From Octopus vulgaris (lineage: Eukaryota), in assembly GCA_951406725.2 (NCBI GenBank), contig OX597821.1:57722001-57786000 (forward strand): a stretch of DNA of 64,000 nt, in the 5' to 3' direction. Shown here in pieces: positions 54,390 to 64,000 of the stretch (position 1 is the stretch's first letter; each line of letters begins with the position of its first letter). Below the pieces are notes generated by a model. It ran no database searches. It had not been told where the DNA came from and saw nothing but the letters and a program-made list of their open reading frames with translations. A program made the translations under genes and the position numbers.

Positions 54390-55784
54390 TGTGTGTGTGC
54401 GTATGTGTGTGTGTGTGTTTCCATTAATATTATATGTACTATCACAAGATATTTGAAGATGGAGTTAAGGTTATTGATATTTTGCTGTTAACATTTCATT
54501 AAACATAAAAATGAACACCACAATCATCCTCATAATCATCAACATCACTATCATCATCATTACCACATCGCTAGTACCATCATCATTATCATCATTGTCA
54601 TCAACTCCATCACCACTTTCACCACCACAATCTTTGTCATCATCATCATCATTACCATCGTCATCGTCATCATCATCATCATCATCATCATCATTATCAT
54701 CATCATCATCATCATCATCGTCATTATCATCCCCATCATCAGTACCAGTAACACTTCCAACACCATCACCTGAACAACATCATCAAATTCAGTATTACCA
54801 AAACGTTTCTATCTTCATCGCTCCAAAATTTGAAATTGGCTTGTTTGTTTGTTTATTTATTTATTTAGTTAGTTGTTTGTCTATTGTTACTAGTTACCCT
54901 CATAGGAAAATACTTCCGCCAAGGCTTTACTTTCAAGAGTACAGTCCGTTATATCGACCCAGAAAGATGGAAGGCAACGTACGATTGTTTTGTTTGGAAT
55001 TGAAACATAAGACACTGTGGAACAATCAAGAGCTGTGTCATCAGCATATGAGCGAACATTGTTCATGATGACCGTAAGCAAGTTGTTAACGTACTGGAGA
55101 AAGAGTTTCGGCAACATTAGCCAAGCTTTCGTTGTGGATCGTTCTCGTTCAACTTCTGTGGCAGAGTCTAAAATGTTGGAGGAGTGCAGGATATAAAAGG
55201 AATTCTGGATATTGAATTTACCGAGAAAGTTTAATTCTTTAATATAAAACCCAAAACAGAGAACTATCTACATACGCGAGTTGAATAATGAGGAGGGTAT
55301 TCAGCCCGATATTTGGAGAATTTTACAGAATACGATATATTCCTGAAGAGAGCTGGGGTGGGGTGCAATTGTCAAAACATTGTATTAGTCGCAACCAATA
55401 GAAGGAAATTAGTCAGAAGCTATTTGTAGACAATAGCAATAACAAGACTAGCTGTAATAGAAACAATAATAATTCCTTCTAATTTTAGGCTCAAGGCCAC
55501 CGATTTGAAGGGATGGGCAAGTCGATTTCGTTGGCCGCAGTACTTGAGCGGTATCATTGTTTATCAATCCTTAAAGGATGAAAGGTAAAATGGAATGCAA
55601 ATGAGAAAAATCAGACAGTTGAAGTTCACCTTGTATTTCTCCGATGTTCTGAAGGTAGAACATCGAGAAACAGGAGATAGAATAATGACGTTATCTTTGC
55701 TCGGGTATGTGCAAAGGAATAAGGACATGGGAAGACTAGTGTTCTATTTGTTCGTATTTCGTATATACATATATATATATATAT

Positions 55785-55857
<73 letters not shown>

Positions 55858-56897
55858 CAGATAGATAGATGAGGAGGAGGATTATGATGATTACTTCATC
55901 TTAACAGACGATAGCCGCCCCCTCAACGCACACACCTCACCCCCCTCACACAGCACAATCTACCGTTGGTGAGCCCCCAGATTACGTTTAAGGCCAGCTG
56001 CTGACTGACAGAGTTTAAAACATAAGTGACAGATATTCAAGTTTCTTCTACATCTTTTGCCCTTTGGAATCTGATTTTGACGGAATGTTGTTGAAGAACT
56101 AGCATTCGTCTTTTAAGTCGTACAAGTTTTGTGATATATGTTGTAAGAGGCACGAGTTCAGGCAACGTTGTCTATGGAAGAACACCGAAAGGAAAGGTAG
56201 AGACTGATACAGCGTGGCATCAGTGACGTCGCAACTCATTTCGACAGCCGAGTGAACTGGAGTAACGAGAAATAAACACACAGCCTGATCCGTTCCGAGA
56301 ATCGAACTCACTACCTCGTGATTGTAAGCCCGACGATCTCACTACTGAACTATATATTATTTTAGAAAAAATAATTTCTAAATCTCTCAAAGAGAGGTAT
56401 TCAGTAACAGTTCTTTAAACTAAAGGCTATTTGCCAACGCAATGTGGCTGTCCTGGAAGGGATGATGTTGCTGTTGTTTATCCCCAGGAAATATCGTTTC
56501 TAGCTGGCTATACGACACAATATCTGTGTTCTTATATTTTCGAACAGGCAGTTCAGTACTCCATCCAGCACAAGACAACAACTGTAGACTAGTTTCTTGG
56601 TTATTGCCCTTTGTCAACACAGTGTAGCTGCTTGGCTCACCGTTCGAATATGTAGTTTTCAAAGTGACACACAATCACAGATCTCAAAATAGGAACATTT
56701 AGTCTAGTCCAGAGATGGTGTTTTGCGCTGGATGGGAGTGCTGAACTCCCTGTTCGAAAATATAAAGATAAAGTTACAGACATTGTGTCGTATGGCCAGA
56801 TAGAAACGATATTTCCGAGGGCTAAACATCAGTAACATTGTCCCTTCCAGGAAAGTCACGTTACGTTGGCAAATGCCCTTCACGTTATATATATATT

Positions 56898-56941
<44 letters not shown>

Positions 56942-57885
56942 GGAAACCAAGAGGAGAATGGAGATTTATTCACACCGAAAACTTTTTTTATTAAAAAGTT
57001 TTCTACAGCAAATATAACCCGGACCAACATATGTTTCTACTGCAGCAAGTGCACATTGCTTTGTATGCAATTATGCATCCTAGTCGCTGCAACTTCATCA
57101 AGGGTACGTCACTTTCAACGTTATTAATAAGGGGTTAGTAATCCAGGTAAAATACTTATAAGTTCTCTGTTGATATAAATACACCAGTCAAACGAATGGT
57201 TTTTTGCGATTGGCATTGAAGTCCAGGTAATCCGAAGATGAAATCCATCAATAATCGACTTTATAAGTCCATGGTTGTATTACCAAGTTAATATGCTATG
57301 GAATAAATGCGTATTAGCACATGTGGGAATTGACCCTATTCCTCTTATTTTCGTGATTTGTGTGCTAACCAATTACACCAACATAACCATCCAGTTTTTT
57401 TCCATTAAATTAAGAAACTATGATTTCATAGGGGTAAATGTATAAACATGTGCGCATTCTGCGTAAATTCAGAAACGTTGATGTGTGAACATTTTGAAAA
57501 TATAATTATCAGTTTACACTGTATATACTAACTTTAATAAATAATCTAATACTGAGGCATATAAGCCCACGACGGGAAAGTGGATATTGATACACCTGTG
57601 AATCAATATATACGGGGAAAACTTCTAATTATATTTTCAAAATTTTCACACATCACCGTTTCTTAACTTAATGGAAATAAATTGATTTGGTAAGTTGGTA
57701 TATTCGGTCAGCTCACTTAACGCGGAAAAAAGAAAAGGTTGCTTTGTTTCCCACTTCTACTAATACCCATTTTTGTCCCGTCATGGGGTATATATTCCCC
57801 AATATTAGACTATTCACTATAGTCAATATATACGAGAAAACTTATGTTTACAAAATTTCCGCTCGTCACCGTAACTTAACTTACG

Positions 57886-57930
<45 letters not shown>

Positions 57931-57933
<3 letters not shown>

Positions 57934-59559
57934 TATTATAAAAGGCAGATTTTATCTGCCTCCCTTTGTATCTTATAGAAATCTACAATATAGGATTTCT
58001 TCAATTACAATTTACCTAGCATTTTTAAGAGTAGAATACATCGGGTCATGCCAGGTCCAGTTTTTAAAATTTAAACTCCAATTAAGCAAAATTTACAGAA
58101 AACTCACATTCTGGTGTGTATGTCAAATGCTTTTCTTAATGTGGTTTACACCACACGCACACGCACACACACAGTGTGCAACGAATAAAATGAAAGTAAA
58201 TAGCGACAGAGTGATTTGAGGAAGACTAAACTGAAAGTATTTAAACCACTACTCAAAAAATAAAAAAACACAGCAAACAGAAACAAATAAATACATAACG
58301 ATTTACTCCTCACACAATTTCTTCAATTAGAGTGTACCCATGATTTTTCAGAGTACTTCAGTGGGTGATGCCATAAAAAATTTCTTTCAATTTTACCACC
58401 AATTAAGACAAAATTCGAGAAAACTCAATATTTTAATATTTCACTCCGAAAGCATTGATGTACATGTGTGCGTGCGTGAGTGTGTATGTGTCATTCCTCA
58501 CACACACGCATACACATACATATATGAGAGTGGCAAACACAAACGTTTCAAACAACTACATACAAACACGTGTGTGTTTGTTATTAGTAAAAAAGGCGCC
58601 AAAACACTACTCACTTATCATTCCAACACATTTGCAAAGACACACGGACGGTGGAATTGCTATAACAATACAGAAAAGGTAAATTGGTTTTTATTTTACT
58701 CTGTATATATTTTATTATATAATATTATATATAGATATATGTATATATAATTGCAGTATGAAACAGTGTTTATGTATAAACAGACGACACTTATATATAG
58801 TTATTATAATAAGAGATTAATAAATGTATGCATCCGTTTAACCCTTTCGTTACCAAACCGCCCGAATTTACCTATTCATATTTAAATGAGAATATCAGAG
58901 TAAATCTCTTTAGTACATTCGTGAAAACACGTATTATACTTCGTAAACACTTCAACTACAGTTTTGTACAAAAATCGAAGTGTAATTTTAATTCCGTGGA
59001 TTATGGGAGATTTTTTTCCGAAATTTGTTCCTATTGTGTTTTCAAAATTTGTAATTCTGACAAAAAATGGATACGAATTTCATTATATCAAGCAGCGAGT
59101 CAGAATTCGAAGGATTTTCTACTGAAGACCTTCATAAATCTAACTCTATGACTGAAAAAAAAAAGCATCTTTATATAAGAGTGAAGTTGTGTGTCTGTCT
59201 CCTACGATTTACATTCGTAACTGCTCCCACATTTTGCGGTGCAGTTTAACCAAAACCGGGTATCTTATAGTCGTGATTCATATCGAGCCCTTCTGAGTAT
59301 TAGCGCGCGTCTACGATGAGTCTACGATTTTAAAAAAATTTACCATCATATTTTCCATTTTAATGCATTTTTTTCGCTTTTATATAAGGGAAGTAACTCT
59401 CTAAAAATATCTACGATGTGTCAACGATTTAAAAAAAAAATTACCTTAATTTTTTTTCAATTTTTAATGCATTTTTTTGCTATTTTTGGCTATAACTCTC
59501 TAAAAATGCTTATATAGTTATTTCCCTTACACCCGAGCAACGCCGGGCGATACTGCTAG
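57931..59559 (+). mobile_element. Non-autonomous composite Helitron
   Basis: 5' A|TCttattataaaagg and 3' hairpin cccgagcaacgccggg followed by CTAG|T. A second 5'-like end, atctttatataagagtgaag, lies at ~59168. Confidence 0.7.
58838..59165 (+). mobile_element. piggyBac-like 5' end inside the Helitron
   Basis: TTAA-CCCTTTCGTTACC terminus followed by an acidic N-terminus, MDTNFIISSSESEFEGFSTEDL (59067). Confidence 0.5.
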
Positions 59560-59592
59560 TATATATATATATATATATATATATATAATGTT

Positions 59593-59627
<35 letters not shown>

Positions 59628-59629
59628 GT

Positions 59630-61623
59630 TAGATAAGGCCGGTTTATGGGATTATCCTGGATTTCACGTTCATAAAGCGCATAGCTTTACGTTGTATCAT
59701 CAGATCCCCAAACCTTTTAACTTAAGGTCTCCCTAACGAGTGTCCGCTCTAGAATGTGAAGGAGGAAAGGGCCTCGTTACTCAATGTCACAACAGAGGAG
59801 TCTCTCCCTTTGGCTATCGATCGCAAGTGAGCCTGTTATCTTGTGGGTTCCAATAAGCCTGTAGGAATTTCCTGAAATGCAAGCACGGTCCAAAAACCTC
59901 CATTCTGGAGTTAAGGATGTTCCCCGGGACGAGGGAGTCTTTTTGCTAGGCATAGTTTACAACGCTTGATCCCGTTTATGCAGGGGTCTGGATTTTCTAG
60001 GATTCTCCATGCTATTGTGTATGGAATCCTGTCGTCTTTCACCTGTCATACATGGCTGGCTAGTGATGCAACGTATCTCCTTTCCGGTATCCTGAAAGAG
60101 GATCTGTGGCTGGAGAGGCGTTGTTTGAATGTGTTTCCGGAGCAACTTATGTACCTCCGTGGTCGGGTTTTGGCAGTGTTGTGTCTGATGGTGTTGGCGT
60201 TACTGCTACCGCTGGTGTTGGCAATGGTGCTGTTGTTATTATGGTCATCGTCATTGATGGAGATGCTGTCATTTCCGTTAGGGATACTGCCATTGCTGTC
60301 GTTAATGTTGTTATTGTTGTTATCGCTGGCGATGGTGCTGCCGCTGATTATGTTCGTTCTCTGTTGCTGCTACTATTGATACTATCGTCCTTGCTACTCT
60401 AGTGGCCGTTGGAGGAACTGCTTATGTTGCTGCTGCTATTAGGGTCGACCAGCACCTGAGCTTCATAGGCGACTCACTGGTTTCACAGTGGCCTCTCACT
60501 GGGCAACAGTTGTGATCCCTGCATGAGCATCCTACCTCCGCTCGTGGTCTAGGGGTGCTAACTAGAATGCTCTTAATATTGGGGGCACAACTAAAAGAGA
60601 CCCTAAGGTTGTGCCTTTTGAAAATGCGTATATATGTGAACGTGTGACATATTTATCTATTAAGGAATATCCTACCTACATACGTTTTTACGTTAAGAGA
60701 GAAGAGGTGGGGGCAAACCAAATGATTTTTCTGTGACCCCTCCTTCCACGTATGTTAGGGCCCGGCATATAGGAGACGCAATCCCTAAATCCGCCAGCAG
60801 CTAGAGCCTTGTTATTAGTATGGGGCTGCTGCATCAAAAATCTCCTGGCTGGAGGAAAGGTTCGTGATCCTATTGCTAACAACCTTCACCAGATTTTTTA
60901 ACGTAATGGGTGGGTGACAGGAGGCTGTGTTGATGTACGTTAGCCTCTCATTTGGCTTGAGGTAGGGCCTGTATTACTGAAGCCCAACTCGAGCGTGACG
61001 TCTCAGAAGTCTGTAGGGGAGCCAAGTATGCTAATTAGATATTTCTTAAGCTTGTCTAGGGTGTTTCCGTTTGCTCTTTTAGAGATGGCCAGGGCATCGT
61101 CTCTGTAGAGACCAAAGAGGACACAGGGGAACTTTTTGTTAAGGGTACCAAGGGTATACAACTCGATGAGGTAAGTCCCCATCGCTACGTCAAAGGAGCC
61201 CTTGGGGTCGGATTGCTTGACCCAGGTCGAACCTTTATTGAACAGCACTGCTTTTCTGGCGTGCATAACGACATCCATATCCTTGTCGCTAACGTCAGTG
61301 GAGCCCCTAGCAAAGGAAAGTGCCTTGATCAGTAACCCTTTTGACATAGACGGGTAAAAATTGACTATGTCAAATTGGGGAACATTGCTCTGCCTCTCCC
61401 CTTGTTGGTATTAAACCATGCAACCACCTCGATGGTGCTACACCATAAGGAAAAGTTGGTGACTCACTTTTGTCGTTATTGATGTTTCTCAATATATGCT
61501 TGCTCGCTCGACCAATCTCCGATTTGGCCGGATTAATCAGGCGGCATTTAGGGTTTGAGGCAAAGTTCGGTTAATGATTTGTGATGGTAATAAACGCGTT
61601 CCTTTTAGCTAAGATCTTAAAGA

Positions 61624-61625
<2 letters not shown>
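59630..61625 (-). mobile_element. Penelope-like retroelement (RT plus GIY-YIG), 5'-truncated and decayed, with 3' hammerhead
   Basis: NPKCRLINPAKSEIGR, FDIVNFYPSM, HARKAVLF..TWVK, FDVAMG, GLYRDDALAI, RPYLKPNE..YINTASCHPP, RKIIWFAP, WRILE..RCKLC, ILNSRMEVFGPCLH. Flanked by (TA)n. Confidence 0.92.
59641..59714 (-). ncRNA. Type I hammerhead ribozyme in the PLE 3' end
   Basis: ggtttggggat-CTGATGA-tacaacgtaaagctatgcgctttatgaacgt-GAAA TCC A GGA TA-atcccataaacc. Stem I is GGGAT/ATCCC plus GGTTT/AAACC, stem II is CGTAAAGC/GCTTTATG, and the triplet is AUA. Confidence 0.8.
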
Positions 61626-61673
<48 letters not shown>

Positions 61674-61925
61674 CATAATTTACATATATATATGCATATA
61701 CATATGCATATGTATATGTATGTATGTATATGTATATATATAATAATAATAAATATTAGGGAATAAATCCAAATTTACAGGGAAAAAATCAGATTTAGGA
61801 TTAAATCCAATTTTATATAGTAAAATATTATAAAATATTATTAGAGACAAAACCACTATTTTGCAAAACAAACAAGGAAAGACTTAATCAATACATAAAA
61901 TTTTAATAAATAGTCAAAAAAAACG

Positions 61926-61968
61926 CCACTACAATTGTTTCTTGTCTTGATCGACAATCTTCAGGTGG
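61926..61968 (-). ncRNA. Minimal type I hammerhead ribozyme (left arm)
   Basis: Exact reverse complement of 62014-62056. Confidence 0.85.
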
Positions 61969-62013
61969 ACTTCCAATAAGTCAGTTTTAATTTGAAACTG
62001 ACTTATTGGAAGT

Positions 62014-62056
62014 CCACCTGAAGATTGTCGATCAAGACAAGAAACAATTGTAGTGG
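62014..62056 (+). ncRNA. Minimal type I hammerhead ribozyme (right arm)
   Basis: CCAC-CTGAAGA-TTGTC gatcaa GACAA-GAAAC AATT GTA-GTGG. All three stems pair, the stem III loop is the palindrome AATT, and the triplet is GUA (cleavage after 62052). Confidence 0.85.
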
Positions 62057-62147
62057 CGTTTTTTTTACTATTTATTAAAATTTTATGTATTGATTAAGTC
62101 TTTCCTTGTTTGTTTTGCAAAATAGTGGTTTTGTCTCTAATAATATT

Positions 62148-62224
<77 letters not shown>

Positions 62225-62238
62225 CATATACATATACG

Positions 62239-62277
<39 letters not shown>

Positions 62278-64000
62278 GCACACGCACACACTCACACATT
62301 AGGGAGCGCAAATTGAAAGGGATCTAACGAGGTGTGGTTGCTTTAAAAGCTCGTTAGCTCTTTGCTTAGAAAAATAGATTTATATGATTAAGGTAAATAT
62401 TGGAGAGAAATGTTTGTTGAATCAACTCTCCTTTTCGCATGGTCATAAGCAGTTGCCAAATTTCGTAATGTTATATCTACAGTACAAACACTTGCCTGTC
62501 TTTCCATGTTTCAGAATTTTCATCTAAGAATCCTTTCGAAGTCCAAGTTTGTAAAAATATTTATTTGCAATTCCTGTTACAAAATCCAATAGTTTTTGCA
62601 TGCATTGATGCAAAATCTACTTCTGACTTCTATGGAGTATCTTAGCATTTATCTTATTCTTGAAAGATCTATCTAATCTTTTCGGTTTAGGAATTTATTT
62701 ATTGATAAAAGAGTGAGGGAGAGTAAAGATGGTGTGCTAACAGAGTTGTTGGTACGTCGGACAAAATGCTGAGAGTCATTTCTTTTAGCACATTATTTTC
62801 TGAGTTCAAATCCCGCCGAGGTCAACTTTGTCTTCCATCTCTTCAAGGTCGATTAAATAAAAGTAACATTCAAGTTGATGTAGTTGACTTGTCCTTTTCC
62901 CTCAAAAATTACTGGCCCTAGGCCCTGCAATGGACCAACGACTTGTTCGGAGAGAATGTTGTGATTTTAGTCACTTATATGCAGTAAGCCGGATAAACAG
63001 ACTTATGAGTCCAAGGGCCAAACAAAAATACGCTCTAGAAATTCGTCCCGTTTGAGAAATGTAGGAAGCTTAGGAAGTTCTGGTGTCGTGGTGGAAGGGA
63101 CCGAAACAGCTACAGAGCTGCTTCCTCGTTCTGGTGAGGCATCGTCTCCTTCATTCGGAGACAGAGTACAGCTGCACTGCCAGCACACAAGTGTTTACCT
63201 TAGAAATACTCTCACTTGTAACCTTTGTTTTGTCAAGAGATACAACGTTACCGTGTTTCTACGTATTGTCCTATATTTGTGATTCCTTGATAATAATGGT
63301 CCGGGAAAATACTGCAGTTGTTTTTCTTTTTGTTTTTATTCAGTAAATTCACTCATCATTATCTCTCTATCGATCTATCTGTCTATATTTATCTCTCTAT
63401 TTATCTCCGCCTACATCCATCTCTCAATCTATCTATTTACTTATTTACTTCTTTATTCAAATTACTTCTTTATTCAAATCAGTGACAACATTACAGAATG
63501 AAATGTTTGTCGTTGCATTTAAGACATTACGAATGTACGTACCTACGTATGTACGTTTAAATGTGTGAGTGCGTGCATATTTTCTCGTGACCGTTAAGAT
63601 ATTTCTGGGTTTTTTTTCTTCCATTGTATCAGATGTTTTTACTTGGTGTATACCTGGTGACACGTTGTTTTCTCCACGTTTTTTTTTCAATTTTGGTCGC
63701 AAATATTCGTTTACTGAATTTTTTTGCCTTTGTTTACAATTTATAAGGAAGAAGCATGTCTCGATGCTGTTCTCATTGTTAAACTCTGAAGAAAAAACAT
63801 AGTCTTAAAAAAAAATAGAAGAGAGAACTCCACTAACTTCCCTGTTTTTATTTCGTTAGGAAAAATAATTTTTTTTCTGTATCAAACTAATCCAAAAGCT
63901 GGAATAAAATCTTTCGTAGACTTTATAAAATCCAAGATTTTGGAGCACGTTTTTCTGCCTCGATAACCAATAATAATAATAATGATGATTTTAAATTTTG

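Larger units (their letters stand above)
61829..62152. repeat. Near-perfect 324-bp palindrome (inverted PLE pLTR pair)
   Basis: Arms are symmetric about 61991, with one 1-nt indel and one G-T pair near the centre and essentially no spacer. Confidence 0.95.

Overview
AT-rich, microsatellite-saturated eukaryotic DNA. The tRNA-derived SINE families and repeat landscape suggest a coleoid cephalopod, probably Octopus (inference). The only host coding sequence I can support is two minus-strand exons (7046-7208 and 2654-2781) of a peropsin-like class A GPCR; its other exons were not found. The rest is repeats: many SINEs, several decayed Tc1/mariner elements and MITEs, a composite Helitron carrying a piggyBac 5' end, hAT, Gypsy and R4/Dong-like relics, and Penelope-like elements (PLEs). 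The most striking hidden signal is about ten type I hammerhead-ribozyme motifs (CUGANGA...GAAA...NUH with pairable stems) from several PLE-type repeats. They include two divergently oriented copies in a near-perfect 324-bp palindrome (61829-62152), variants with unusually long stem II inserts, and four copies sense to the opsin gene upstream of its TM1-TM2 exon. Several long fold-back structures are potential dsRNA sources. All calls were made by eye without alignment or folding tools, so repeat boundaries are approximate.
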